A DNA stretch of 64,000 nt. It comes from Nageia nagi. Lineage: Eukaryota; Plantae; Pinophyta. Position 1 is the first letter of the stretch; every line of letters begins with the position of its first letter. Shown piece by piece: positions 1 through 15,072 of the stretch. The DNA is taken from the NCBI GenBank assembly GCA_050084985.1, contig JBITNC010000001.1, forward strand, positions 27,404,001-27,468,000. Direction: 5' to 3'. Below the pieces are notes generated by a model. It had not been told where the DNA came from. It did no database searches and was given only the letters and a program-made list of their open reading frames with translations. A program made the position numbers and the translations under genes.

Positions 1-3000
1 GATGATGCTTGATTAGTATTATTTTTCATAAGGATGGTGATGGGAAACAAAATAGGTATAGAAAAAGGATCGGGAGCATTGATTAGGTTACAATGACTAA
101 GATGGTTTAGATCTATAGGAATATAATGTATCTTACCCTCATACAAATACTTAAAGCAACCCTGTATCTCATCTATCTAAGGTATACCTAAAAGAATGTT
201 GTATTGCATCTCACCTTCTACCATAAGATAAGTTGTAGGAATACATCTCACCCCTAGCTTAATGGGGATCACAATAACTCCTAAAGTAGTAGATAAACTA
301 TTGTTAAAAATCTTTGATGGCTAGTGTTGGAGCACTTAAATATGGCATAGGTATATTAAGATTATGAAGTGCAATTATAGAGACAAAATTAATAGTTGAA
401 CCGTCATAAATCATAACTCTCTTAATTGATTTACCATTAATCTCTGCAATGATATAAATATTCGGATGTTTCTTCTTTGCTCCTATATAGTGATATACTT
501 CATTCATGTAAATTATGATATATGGTCTCATGTAATCCTAAATGGATGAACAAAAATCCATAAAGGTGTTGGGATCATCATTTGATAGATCAATTTTCTT
601 AATTATATCATTCAATGCATCTTGATGTGCCTTAGATTGTTGGATCAAATACCATAAGGATAACTTGGTTAGAGTCATCCTTAATTATTTTTATAGTTGA
701 TTTTTTATTATGATTACCAATTTAGAAGATTATATTTTTACTTGAATATTAATCAATTATCCTGATTAGTGAGGTCTTGTCTCTCTAGGTGGACATGCTC
801 TCTCATGTCCTCTTCTTGTACATATGGTCACATTTACTAGCTCTATGCCCATCATACCAACAAAATATGTAGGTAAAGAACCACCATGTGCTACTTGTCT
901 AGGTGTGGATGTAATGGTACTCACTTGATTAAGGTTGTTGTCATGCCTTGGAAAAGAATTTTGATACGACCCCAAATCCCTTTTGGGTTGAGCTTGGGGA
1001 GATCATGTAGATACTTATCCATATTCAATTAATCATTGAATATATAGTGGCCCTTAAATGTTGATATTTTTTTATTTCATATCCTATTTGATGATGGAAG
1101 GAATAAAAATTATATTTCCTAAACCATTTTGGCTTCTCACCATTAAGATCCTCTTATTTAATCTAAAGGAAGCATAAGAAGTCTAGAATTCAATAGATTC
1201 TTGAGAATGTCCTCAATTGGTTCTACTAATGGTGTCTAATTCCATTATTTTTATGGTGGTTGTATAGGTGGTCTAGGTGGCCATGGTTTATTATTACCTT
1301 GATTAACTTGTACTTGATCTTGTTGTTGATATTTATTCCTTGGTTGGTTATTCCATTATTTTCTAGGAGGTGCTAGTTGCAAGATCAGTTGTGCTTGATT
1401 AACTGCATAAGTGATTTGATATGTTTGTGGCTTAGGTTGTTTGTTTAATTTGCCACTATTTTTATGATTCTTTTGGTTACTATCTTTCTTCATTATCTTA
1501 ATTTCACCTTCTTGAATCTTTACTTCTTCGATTATCATTGCTTGGGCTAAGGCAACCTAAAAGGTAATATTCCTTTGAATTTGGAGGATGGAAGAGATAT
1601 GTTTGTTGCAAATCCTAAAAAAAAACTCTTCTTTTGGTAATGTGTAGGGTATATACATTACAACCACTATCCATTACACATATAGTCTAAAATTGATTCA
1701 TCATCAAATTGGGATAACTTACTCAAATCTGTTATGTTAGGCTTCTTACTAATGTTGATCCCAAAGTGCTCTAAAATTGGGTTAGCCAATTGTTCAAAGG
1801 AGAAAATTCTATATTGAGGCAAGTTGTTGTACCAATACAAAGCTTTTCTTGCTAAATTCATAGGAAAAGTTCTTAGTATAAGAACATCATCATTGGCTAT
1901 GATATAACAAGAATATTTAAATTGTCTTTGATGTTCTTTAGGATATCATTTTCCCTTAAACTTATCCATATTGGGAACCTCAAACTTATAAGGAAAATCC
2001 TTAATTAGAATTGATGGATGGATTAGCTCATTACAAATTGATCAATATGATAACTTGGCCTTGCCTTGATAATTGAGTCTTTGTTCTATCTCATGCATCT
2101 TCAAGATTTCATCATCGGAAGTAGCAGGTGGAAAATATCCTACCACTTGATAACTTGGACCTTAATAATAGTTTGGTCTTGAGTTTACCCTTTAAGATTG
2201 ATAAGTTGGTTGATTTGGGTAACAATCACCTATTATGTATGATAGGGTTGACTTTAAAACCCTTGAGCTATTTGATTTTGCAAACCTTGAGAAGTAAATT
2301 GAGTTGGTCTAAGAGATGGATCATGGACTTGTTGGAAAGATTGGAAATATTTTTGAGTGGGGGTAAGCCCCCTAGGTTGAGTACCAACATATGCTTATGT
2401 AGGATTAGGATTTTAAGATTGGAAATATGTTGGAATGACCACTTAGGAAGAAGAAACAAATGATTAAAGCAAAATATTAATGTCTAATGTCCCCATTTTT
2501 TAGGTGTTTCGCCCACTTCACCTATGATAAATGGGAACATTAATTTAGGATTTTTTAAAGTTATTTTTATATATTTTCACCAAAAATATGATGTAAATTC
2601 AATTTAAACACTTAATAAAGCTCTAATTACGGAATAAATGGCCTTTTTATTTATTTATTTTTATTTAATTATTTGCCAAAATACCAATAAATATTGTATT
2701 TATGATACCAAGGCAATCATATAAATTGTAAATTCAATATTAGTCTCATGAAATAAGGTGGTGCATATTTTAGCCTTTATTATTGTAATATTGGATTAAA
2801 TTTATCTCTAATCACTAGTTCTACCCTCTTCGAGGTAGAGCATCTCCCTAGGTGATTGCATTGATTACAAGGACATTTGGAGCTCTAAGGATGGACTTGA
2901 CATTTTGAACTAGGCATTGGTAATATTGAGGCAAATGGATGGCCCTAAAGTATGAATGTTGGGCATGGGAGTATCCCAAGACTCCACATTTACCTTCCTA

Positions 3001-3787
3001 GGAACATGTATCAATGGAACTGATCATGAGATGCTTCATTATCATCCCCTCTTGGATGTTGGCTTTCCTATACCTTGGATATGATTTCACCTATCCCAAG
3101 GCTCCCTATATTGGATGTTATATACATGAGAACATAAATCACATCTCTCAACCATAAAATAATTTCAATGTAAGATTAGAATATGATCACCCTCACCTAT
3201 AAAAGGAGAACTCATATTCATTATGAGATATGCTAAATTTGATTATAAAACTTTTATTTCAGATTAAGTGGAGACTCTATCTTAGCCACTCATGAGGTGA
3301 TATGTATTTGAGGTATCAAGGAGAGAGGAGATTACCTTAAAACTTAATCTAGCCATACTAAGAGGAACATTATTGGTTCTATCATAGTTATTATAGAGGA
3401 TACTTGGTCTTGCCTTAGTACTTCTAGGATTGGAGAGGCCTTGAAGCCATCCGAAATAACCCTATAGGAGACAGTCTTGGTATAGACTTTATAGGTTGAA
3501 AAAAATATTATAATTACATTTTATCATTTTTTATCAATACAATTACTTTTTATTATCAAAATTTTTTTTTTTCCTCCTTATGCTTAGATTTTGGATTTGG
3601 AATCATTGTTTCATTATCGAATTGCTATTTATCCTTCTTGGTTGCAATGTTAAGTTTGGAGTGTTATTTTCATTGTTCAATTTCTATTTAGGCTCTTCAA
3701 GTAGGAAGTTGGATTTATGGTGGTATTTTTGATTTTTTAATTCATCATTTTTCTCCCTAATTGAGTCATTCAAATATTATAGATATT

Positions 3788-5394
3788 TAAAGAAATTGAA
3801 TATTTCAAGTTTGAATTCCATTTGGTAGTCTGATTTCCACAAATGGCTACTGCCTACCTACCATATACCAATCAACTTTAATTTTGTTATAGGAATGTTA
3901 TAAAGCTATTAATTCTCAAATATATGATCCTATAGTTATATTAGATCTAATTTTGTACTTATAACATGGACTTATACATTCTTTGACTTGTTATGGATGC
4001 TCCATTTATGTTTTTGCCCACTTTCTCTAAGCGAATCTTTAATTCGCTAGACCTCATGGAGTTCAAAAAAATCCATTTTATTTTATATAAATAGACACTT
4101 AGTTTTCCCATTTTTTAATTTATTTTTCCCATTTTTTAATGCTTATAAATGTACTATTATTTTTCCATTTTGGCTTTAATAGAATGCATTCTTGTTTTGG
4201 TCAATAATTCTCTCTAGACTATATGGTGTGTTTTCCATTTTAAGCTTGTTTGCTGGAGAAAACACTTGCACATATTTATAGGAGTTATATAATTCCATTT
4301 TAAGGTGATATTAATATGTTTACAAATATTTTAAATATGTGGGTATGTATTTGTTTTCCATTTTGAGTAATACTTTTGGATATTTTTGTGATTTTTTCAA
4401 ATTACCTTATTTTAGATTAATTTTTATCTAGGAGCTATAACATTCATTGTAGATCTTTTTTAATACAATTCTTTTTTTTTATGAATATGACTTCAATAGC
4501 TTTTCAACCATATATAAATTTCCATACTTTGTTAGCATATCACACTCAGAAATCACAAAATACAAACCCACATTTTTTAGTCTTACTCATGAAGGTTCAT
4601 GGAGTCATAAACTTTTAGAAATGTTTTTGACCCTTTTGTATTTCTTAAATTTATTATAAAACCATTGGATATATAATTTCATGCTGATCAATTTTATATG
4701 TCATAGTTCTAGGTTTCATTAAGAACTATAAAAGTTATGGGCCCTATAAACTACCTCTCAGAATTTGTCTAAAATTTGCATTTTGAATTCACTTGCTAAT
4801 GTCATCGCACTCCAACTTGCAAATTTCATATTTTTTACTCAATTTCACACTCTAGATCCTCCTTATGATGTAATCACCCTTTGAATTATGGAAATTTAAG
4901 TGATTTTCACTCTAGATAGCTATTTTTGGCCCTAAAACACATGTCAAGGCTCATAATAGTGCAAAAATTGACTCTAAAAGTCCAGAATTTGCAATTTTTA
5001 GCTTGTATTCGTACCATGGAACTCACCTTACTAGCTCAACTTCTCCAAAATATGGATTTACATACCTTTTTATTCTAAAAAGTAATTTGTTCTCCAAAAA
5101 GGTTTTTTCGACTCTAGAAAGTGTGCGTAAGGCCTAGAATAGTTCGAATTTGACCTAAGAACTTCAAATTCACTTTCCTAATGATTTAGAAGTTAGTTTA
5201 GGATGATTAAATACCCTTTAGAAAGTTATTTTAAATATATATACAAATTGTATATAAAATTAATATTTTGGGCTTGGTTGTTTGGTATAAAACCACTATA
5301 AATTTTGGACTTCTTGGCATTCCTGGATCACTATTTTGAGCATGGAGTCTCTAATTGGATCAGAGCTTGGAGCCTGAGGCCTTAAAACTCTTTA
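3788..5394 (+). repeat. 5' LTR of copia C
   Basis: Direct repeat of 9434-11000, followed by the PBS. Confidence 0.9.
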
Positions 5395-5428
5395 TTTGGT
5401 ATTAGATTCATGTTTTATATTGGGTTAA

Positions 5429-8400
5429 AATGGATCAAAAAAATGGAAATTCATTATAGTTACAAATTCTTGTGTTTAGTAGAGAGCACTATGAATACTA
5501 GAGCATCTAGATGCGAACCTTTCTCATATCATAAGATTTGTGGAGTCTTGTTTCTTAGGAATATGTTGAATATGATGCTACAACCTTTATTGAACATATA
5601 TAAAATGAAAGAAATGAGCTCTTAGATACCAAGAAGAATGATTCCAAAGATTTTTTTTCTATAAAAATTAGGATAGATGTTACTATCTTCCCTAAAATTG
5701 TAGAATGCAAATTCTACAAGGTTGCATGCGACACTCTTGAGAGTGCCTACAATGGATCATATAGATTCATAGTAGCCAATATATAGCTATTATGAAGGGA
5801 TTTTGAATCTCTTTAAATGAGATATAATTATACTATTAAACTCTTCATGAACAGAGTTCAAGATTTAGTGAATGCTCTTCATTCACATGGTGAGCAACTT
5901 GGTGACACTTGGATTGTTGAGAAAGTGTTAAGAAGCCTTCCTTGGAAGTTTGATCCTCTCACCACTATAATCAAGGATTCTATGGATTTAAATCAACTAA
6001 ATCTCCTAAAATATCTTCGAACCCTACAAACATAAGAGCACAAACTTCAAGATAGAGCTAAGAACTTGGACTAAGCATTCCACGGAAAACTCGAGATGAA
6101 TGATTAGCCCTCTACTTCCTCCAATTCAAAATATGCTTTAAGAGGCCATGGAAAAGGTCATGGTGTTAGAGGTTATGGAATAAGAAATCATGGTAGAGGA
6201 AGATGTCAATTAGCTAATCAAATTCAAAGCTCAACCCTCTAGTATAATGAATTTTATGGAAAGGATGGTCATATTGAGCAGTATTACTTTCAGAAGAAGG
6301 AGCAAAAAGCCCACCACACTGAAGAGAATGATATTGGTAATGTCTTATTGATACAAAACAACTTTGAAGTTGTTAATGACTAGATTTGGTATATGGATAA
6401 TGGGTTCTCAAATCATATGACCAAGAATAAAAATTTATTTACTCTGCTTGAAGATAATGCTTTTGAAAAAGTCCAATTTGGTGATAATAATCAAGTTGAC
6501 ATTATTAGCAAGGGTCCTATTAATTTTAAGGAAAATTTTGGTAAGATCATGCATATGCATGATACTTTGTATGTTCCCACATGAATCACAATATCTTTAG
6601 CATTATCTGATGTGCTTGAAAGACTATATGTTAGTTTTTTGGAAGAATACTTGCACCATCACTAATAATACTAACAAGTAGGTCATTGACAAAATTCTCA
6701 TGTTTGAGAATCATATGTATATATTGAAGATGCACCCAACAATAGTAAAATGCTTGAAATCCACCACTAATCCTACTTGGTTATGGCACTAGAGATTTGG
6801 CCACATCAATTTCAACTTATTAAAAGGATTGCCCAAGCTTTTGAGAGGTATGCCTACTTTCTCACTACCACTTAACACTTTGTGTGAGAACTACATTTAT
6901 GCGAAACAACACAAAGGAAAATTCCCCTCCCATCCAAAACACACAAAGGTACCTTTGGAGTTCATGCATGTTGATATTTGTGTATAAATACACACTCCCA
7001 CCTTGTACAAGTGTAGGTATATGCTCATCTTTATTGATGATTATTTTAGAATGAGTTGGTTGTATTTGCTATAGGCCAAGTCATATGCTTTTGTAAGTTT
7101 TTCAAATTTAAATCACTTGTTGATAAGTAGTCTAGTTATTACCTAAATAAGTTTCAAATAGATTATGGTGGTGAATTCACTTCAAATGAGTTCAAGGCCT
7201 TCTATAGCAAGCATGGTATCAATAAGTAGTACACCACTACCTACACTCCATAATAGAATGGAGTAGAAGAGAGAAAGAACTAGATAGTCATTGAGATGGC
7301 TTGGAGCATTCTCAAGGAGTTGTACATGGATAAAAAATTATGGGGGAAGCTATGCACATTATTGCCTATATTTTGAATCACTATCCAAAAAAATTTACAC
7401 AACATTTAATCCCCTATGAGGCTTGGTTTGGCAAGAAACTTGGTCTCTTGCATCTTTAAATCTTTGGCTCTACCTGTTATGTGCATGTGCCCAAGGAGAA
7501 TAGAAAAAAATGGGATGATAAATCTATTAAATGCATCTTTATGGGATACTATGATGATTCTAAATCTTACCAATGCTATGATCTAATTTTTCAAAAGCTA
7601 CATATCAATTAGGATGTGATCTTTCATGAAGGGGAGAATACAAGAATGATTTTGATACCTCAACATCACTTTGATGCTTAAGGACTTAAATTCAAATGAT
7701 GTAGTAGAGATAATGTAGCCTCCCCAACCTCTCGAGTCTCAATATCCCAACCTACCCATGGTTCTAACTCCCTCAAAGAGAAGGTTTCAAGAGATCATCT
7801 AGAATCTCAAATATTAGATAAATATTTTAGTATAAGAGTAAACCAACATAAGCAAGGGGGGTAATCAAATCATTAATTATTCCTTGATGTCCTCTTATCT
7901 TATTAAACCTTCCAAATTCAAATAAGTTATTGCAAATAATGATTGAAAAAAGGCTATGGAAGAAGAGATTGAGCAAATCTATGAAAATGACTCTCGAGAG
8001 CTTGTCCTTCCTCCAAAGCACTAGAATGTTATTGGAGCTAAGTAGATATATAATCTCAATCACAATGCTAATGGTAGCATTGCTAGACATAAGGCTCAGC
8101 TAGTGGTTAAGGGAGATATTTAGAAGGAAGGGATTGATTATGAATAGACATTTACACTAGTTCTTAGACTTGAGATAGTTCGCTCTCTTCTTGCTTTAGC
8201 ATCACATCTTGGTCTTTATTTGTACCAAATAGATGTCAAGTCTAGCTTCCTCAATGGAGATTTGAAGGAAGAAGTGTATATGCATCAATCCTATCAATTC
8301 AAAGCTATTTTCCATAAAGATAAAGTGTACCAACTAAATAAATCTCTCCATGGACTCAAGTAGGCACGAAGATCCTGGTACTCTTGAATTGACACCTACT

Positions 8401-9430
8401 TCCATTTGAATGGTTATTAGAGATGCTCTGTGGAAGTTGCCCTATACACTAAAATATATGACCATGATTTTATCATTATTTTTTTGTATGTTGATGATAT
8501 TATCTTCATGAGAACCTCCTCTTCCATGCTACATACATTCAAAACTACCATGATTAAGGAGTTTGAGATGAGTGATTTGGGTGATATGCAATATTTTCTT
8601 AGGATACAAGTACAACAATCATATTCCAACATCTTTTTTACTTAATCCAAGTATGTTAATGACATGCTTGCCAAGTTTTCCATGATAGATTGCAAACCTA
8701 TTGACACTTTGGTAGTTCTTGGCACCAAACTCATGAAGGAGGATTCTTCTCCTCTTGTTGATGCCATCATGTATCGATCACTTATTGGTAGTCTCATGCA
8801 TCGCACACCTTCCCAACTAGATACCATGTATGTAGTTATTCTTATGGATCAATTTATTTATTCTCCACATTAATCTCATTGGAAAGTGGCTAAGAGGATC
8901 CTTTGGTATGTTAGTGATACCAAATTCTTTGGTCTATGGTATAAATCCTTTGATTTTGACAACCTTAAAGAATAAATATATGCTAATTGGGTTAGTAGTC
9001 TTGATGATAGGAAAAGAACATCTACTTATGCTTTCTTATTTTTTAGATCTCTTATCTCATGGAGCAGTAAGAAGTAACAAATAGTTTCTCTTTCCATTAT
9101 TAAAGCAAAATACATGGCTACCTCCTTTACTTTCACTTAAGCCATTTGGATGGCTCAATCATTTAAATACTTAGGTTTGGCATATCCCCTTACTATTCTC
9201 ATCCACTATGATAACACGAACACTATTTCTATGACCAAGGACCTTGTTTTTCACATTCAAAGCAAGTATATCGATATTCAACATCACTTTATGTGAGACC
9301 TAGTGGCTGATGGATTCATTAAATTCATATTTTGTAAGTTTAAAGAGTAATGTGTAGATATTTTCACTAAGGATTTATTATTTAGTTTACAAAATCATCT
9401 TGAAATTCAACCCATTCACATTAAGGTGAA
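5429..9430 (+). pseudogene. Copia C gag-pol, many stops and frameshifts
   Basis: ORF fragments 5817-6035, 6393-6584, 8430-8645 and 8664-8873 match the copia polyprotein. Confidence 0.9.
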
Positions 9431-9433
9431 GAA

Positions 9434-11000
9434 TGGAGGAATTTAATGTTTTAGGTTTGAATTCCATTCGATACTTTGATAGCCACCAATGGTTACTAGT
9501 CACCTACCATATACCTACTAATTTTAATGTTGTTGTAGGGATGTTTTTGAGCTCTTAATACTCAAATATCTAATCCTATGCTAATATCAGATCTAATTTT
9601 GTACTTAGAACATGGATGCCCACATTCTCTGACTTATTCTAGATGCTCCATTTATGTTTTTACCCACTTTCTCTAAGTAGATCTTTAATTCACAAAACCT
9701 CATGGAGTTTGGAATAAGCCATTTTATTTTATAAATAAGGATTTAATTTTTCCATTTTTTAAGGCTTCTAAATGTATTGTTATGTTACCATTTTGGATTT
9801 AATAGAAAGCATTCTTATTTTACTTAGCAATTCTCTCTAGATTGTATGGTGTGTTTTCCATTTAAAGCTTATTTGCTTGAGAAATTACATACAGATCTTT
9901 ATATGAGTTCTATAATTTCATTTCAAGGTGATAAACTTATTTTTTAGTATATTTTAAATGTATAGGTACTTTATTTTTCATTTTGAACAATAGTTTTGGA
10001 TTTTTTGTGATTTTATCAAATTGCCTTGTTTTGGATAAGTTTTTATCTATAAGCTATAACTTTTGCCATAGATTTTATTTTTGTATAATTCATTTTATGT
10101 TGTAAGGATAAATTCAATACCTTTCCAATAATATATAAATTTATATGCCTTTTTGGCATATTGCACTTAGAAATCACAAAATATAGACCCATATTTTTCA
10201 ATCTTACTCATGAAGGTTCATGGAGTCATAAACTTTTAGATGATCTCTAATTTATTTTTGACCTTTTACCATTAGATATACAATTTCATGTCAATCAATT
10301 TGATGTTTCATATTCCAAGGTTTTGTTAATAACCATAAAAGTTATGGGCTCTAAAATTTCCCTCTCAAAACCTATCTAAAATCTGCATTTTGAATCTGCT
10401 TGTTGATGTCATCACACTCTAGACTATGAATTTCATAGTTTTCACTTAATTCCACACTTTAGATTTACCTATTGATATCATTACCCTCAAAACTATATAA
10501 ATTTGAGTTTTTACAATCTAGATAGATGTTTTTTTTACCCTAGAGCATGTGTCAAGGCCCAAAATAGTGTGGAATTTAACCATAGAAGTCTAGAATTTGT
10601 AGTTTTTAGCTTAAATTTGCACTCCAAAACTCGCCTTGATAACTCAACTTCTATGAATTACATATTTACATGCATTTTTAGTTTGAAAAGTAATTTATTC
10701 TCTATAAAGGTATTTTTCAACTCTAAAAAGCATGCATAAGGCCTAGAATGGTCTAGATTTAACCTAGGAACTTAAATTCACTTTCCCAGTGATCTGGAAG
10801 TTTGTTTAAGGTGAGTAAATACCCATTAGAAAGGGGTTTTTGAGATCTATATAAAGTAAATATAAAATTAATATTTTTGTCTTAGTTTTTGGTCTAAACT
10901 ACTATAAATTTTGGACTTCTTGATATTCCTATATCACTATTTTGAATCTAGAGTCTCTAATTGGATTAGAGATTGGAGCCTAAGGCCTTTAAAATCTTCA
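9434..11000 (+). repeat. 3' LTR of copia C
   Basis: TG...CA, preceded by a purine tract. Confidence 0.9.
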
Positions 11001-13524
11001 AGATTGCATGTTCGATTTGTGTGATTATTGAGTATAAATAGACATTGGTTTATTATGAGTATTTTCAAATTATCATTGCTAAATTCATCTTTTCTAGCAA
11101 TTTATAGAATATTGGTGTATGTTTGAGCTTATTTTGGCCAATTTGAAAGCTATAAGCCAAATGTCCCTCTCTTAAGGCATGTTTGAGGAGTGAGCCTAGA
11201 AATGACCCATGAAAATGGTATTAGAGTCTTGATCATACCATCCTATTAGGAATCAAGGGTATTATTCACAAATGTTTTCAACTTTAAGCTAAAGAAATTT
11301 TAAAGATTTGGATACCGACATCGTAATGGTATCACATATGAGAGATTTACTGAGAGAAGTTAGAGATCTTGCCTTGCTGCTAGGTACGAGTTGAGGAGTT
11401 ACTACTAAAGGAGATTGTTGGAGGAGTTGGAGGAGATATAGAATACTCATTATGATATTTTTCTAGATCATAGTACTATTTACAGAGAGTTTTTATTGTC
11501 CTAATGAAAAGTGGAGTTGACCTAGCATCATACTAGTCATTCTAAATAAATTTTAGAGGATCTATATGCTTGAAGCATGTCATTGGGGAACTTGGAGCCC
11601 TATCTCATCCTTCTAAAAATTCATTAGGCATTTCTTAGTTCTAATTTTAAATTTTGAAGCTTTGAGTAGGTTCATATAGCTTGAAAAGGTATAATTTTGA
11701 AAAAAAAAAAAAAAATTTATTTCAAGTTGAAGTTCATTATCGATTTACTTTTGAGTTCAAGGAAGGAATAAGGTGTGTTTGGATATTATAAGCCCATATA
11801 GGGTTAGATTTTGGTGTTATAAGAGTTATTTTATAGCTTATTCAACATGTTGATGGTCCTTTAAGAAGGACATTGATATTCAAAGGGCATTTTAGTACCT
11901 AGAGCTACATTTCAAGATCATTAGAGGTCAATGTCGGTATTCTGAGAGGGTTTTCATGCTTGAAGATGCATTTAGAGACCATTTGAGGATATATTTTGCA
12001 TTTATGGGTGGGTCACTAAAGGATGGACATTATACTATTGGGGGCATGTTTTAGCATAGTTCTGCATTTGAATCTCTCTAGGAGGTAGACATTTATGATT
12101 TAAGTGCTTTTCAAAGGTTGGGTGGACATTAGTACATTAGAGGAGTTTTGAGGTAAATTATAGTTTTTAGATCATTTAATATAAAATTTTGGCATACTAA
12201 AGCTATTTTGAAGGATAATTATTATTTTGAGTGTTGGCTAGGCTAGATGTTGAGTTACTGAGATATTTTTTTAAACCCTTACTACATTTTGGAGACACTT
12301 GAAGTATGACATTAGCTTGATGAGGCTAATTGGGTGTTTGAGCTACATCATAGGCATCATTACTTGTAAGTATTAATTCATTTTCATCATGGAAGATAAT
12401 TATTGATAAATTTGTAGGATTTTTTGGACATGTTAGACACTATCTTCTTGCAAAATTGAAGCCACAAGTCATTAGAAAGGAGACATTAAAAAATAAGGGA
12501 GTTAATTTAGTTTTATTGACTAAATTTCATGGTGATATCTACACCATGGAGGATTGATAAGGAGATGTTAGAGTTATGTTGTTGTGATCAAAATTTGAGA
12601 TTTTAAGTGATATGTTGGGAGTGTAGGAAGTTGTATCTACTGTGAGCTTGCAAAAATTCATTCTTGAGATATCTTGGGGTCAAATTTTAAAATTTAGAAT
12701 TTGCTTTGCATCATTCAACTTGTGTGTTTTGACATTGAGCTTCAAGAAGAAAAATCCAAATTCAAAGTTTGTTCTTTAGGCCCATAATCCATAGGTTTGA
12801 AATTTGCTTATCTCATTCCATCATGGCAGGACCAAAATTTCAAGTTTGAGTAATTTAAGTATCTTCATATCTTATTATTTTTTATTAGGAAAAATAAGGA
12901 GAAAAGATAAAAATATTTGATTTTTTTTAGGATTAATAAGGAAGGAAAGGTAGTTGGAAAAATAAAAAAATATTTTTTATTTTATCATAAGGAAAAATAA
13001 GAATTATTTTTTATTTTATCATAAGGAAAAATAAAAAAATATTTTTGAAGTTATAAGAAATGTTATTTATTTATTTTGAAAAGCACAATAAATTAGGAGA
13101 GATAAGGAATTATTTTTGAAATTTATATTTTATTGTGCACAAAAATTTGAATTTTGGAGGGAAAATAACATATTCGTGTAAAAAAAATAAATTTGAATTA
13201 TCTTCTAGCCCTATAAAGATAGATGTTCGGAAACTAGGGAAAGACACCAAATTTGAGGTCAAAAATTTGAATTCCATCAAGGGATGTTAGATGTTGGATA
13301 TTAAGAAAGCTAGAGGACCTATTGAGCACCATAGGAGAGTTCATTAGGCATCCTAAAGAGAGAACATCACTTTGGATTAAGTTGTTGGGATTTTGGGAGG
13401 CTCGGTTATGAGTTTTGAGGTCTTAAAATCACCATTTTTTTATTAGAGGGAGGACATCCATATTTTGGGGCCATAATTTGAAAATTTTGAGGCCATTTTT
13501 CAAACACATATTTTTGAGGCATTG

Positions 13525-14366
13525 TCTCGTACTCAAAAAGTAACCATGTTAACAAACAAGATAAGACATGTCACAACCAATATTTTTCTTTATTACTCAT
13601 GAGTAGACCTCAATGATATAATTACGAATCTATTTCGATTTGTTGCCTTGGAAAAGGGCTTTTATAAAATAATGTTTAGGCCTTTATAGGCCTATTTACA
13701 ATGTCTTTAAGCCTCAAAAATAATCTTCTAAAACCTACAAGAAGTTTGGATTTCTTTGTTTTCTCCAATTCCTTATAACTTTCTCTATTCAATTATGTTG
13801 CTCTGCACTTATGGACCTTGCACACATACAAATAGAAAATACATAAAATATACATGTTCATATCATAAAAATAAGCATAATAATGATCATAAATAAGCCT
13901 ATAAAAATATGAAATAATACTACACTTAACTCAATCAATTCTAGATGTATTTTGATAGAGTAAATTTGCATTCAAATTGGATCCCTTTGCTTCATTGTAG
14001 TAGACTTTATTTATAGATTTCAAAAATAGGAAAAGTTTCCAATTTTGAAATAAAAATTAAGATAAAAAAGTATATCCAACTTTTTCATGGCTATGATCTG
14101 AAGCTAACATGTGCAAGATGGATGATGAATCATCTATTATCCTTTACTTTCTTCCTAGGGCACTTCAGGGGTTGTTATTTTCATTTTTCTTTTACCAATT
14201 ACAGAGTCATTGGCATCTAGGTATCTAACATTAGCATCTAACCTAAGTTGTTAATAATTGAATTCGAATGCTAGCAATTGATAGACTATGGTTAACTTTT
14301 TAATTTTATTTAATTTTTTGCCCTTCTTTTGCCTATCGAAAGAAGGGTCATTTTTTGGTGTCTACA
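13525..14366 (-). repeat. 3' LTR of element D
   Basis: Direct repeat of 32133-32972. Both end GGTGTCTACA on the + strand. Confidence 0.92.
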
Positions 14367-14966
14367 TTTTCCCCTTTTTAAATTATCTATTAATTGTAAG
14401 TGGGGGATAATTCAAAAACTTACCTTTCTAAAGGTGGGTGCATTCAAGTTTTTTAACTTGTGTTTTTTACTTTAGTCAATATTTTGGATTAACCTATTCT
14501 CTATGAATATACTAAATTTGATTGATTGAATTATAATTAAATTCATTTTTGATATTTTGCATTTGATGCATTTTAAAAGTAGTGTGGTTGTATTATCAAA
14601 GTAGAACTTCTTGGTATCACTATATTGTGTACTATTTGTGGTAGGTACATGATGAGTTATTATGTCATCTACATATGCCAAAGCTAGGATATGATAAAGA
14701 AGATACCTTGTAAATACAATTATTTTGATTATTCTACCTTTTCTCCCAACAGTTAGGTTACATGATGTTCTTATGAAAAAGTTCATACAATTTACTTAGT
14801 CATATCCAATCCCATCCTTCTTTTTCTTGTCAAGAAAAGGATCCTTTTTCAAATTTGGAATTACTCATAGGTTTTAGTTTTTCTGAAACACTTAACCTTA
14901 GTCAAATCAAAAAGTGAGTGACTTGTTTCATTTTGTCTTTTACACATTTTTTAAATTTTTAGTGTT

Positions 14967-14989
14967 TATATATATATATATATATATGT

Positions 14990-15070
<81 letters not shown>
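14967..15070. repeat. Compound microsatellite (TA)n(TG)n
   Basis: Read directly. Confidence 0.97.

Positions 15071-15072
<2 letters not shown>

Larger units (their letters stand above)
3788..11000 (+). mobile_element. Element C: full-length but decayed Ty1/copia retrotransposon
   Basis: LTRs 3788-5394 and 9434-11000. PBS TGGTATTAGA at 5397. PPT at about 9422-9433. Domains in copia order: gag (VEKVLRSLPWKFD), protease (WYMDNGFSNHMT), integrase, RT (QIDVKSSFLNG, LYVDD), RNase H. TSD ATATT/AGATT. Confidence 0.93.
2483..11214 (+). repeat. 5' LTR of element B, interrupted by copia C at 3788-11000
   Basis: Colinear with 34050-35556 on both sides of the insertion. Confidence 0.85.
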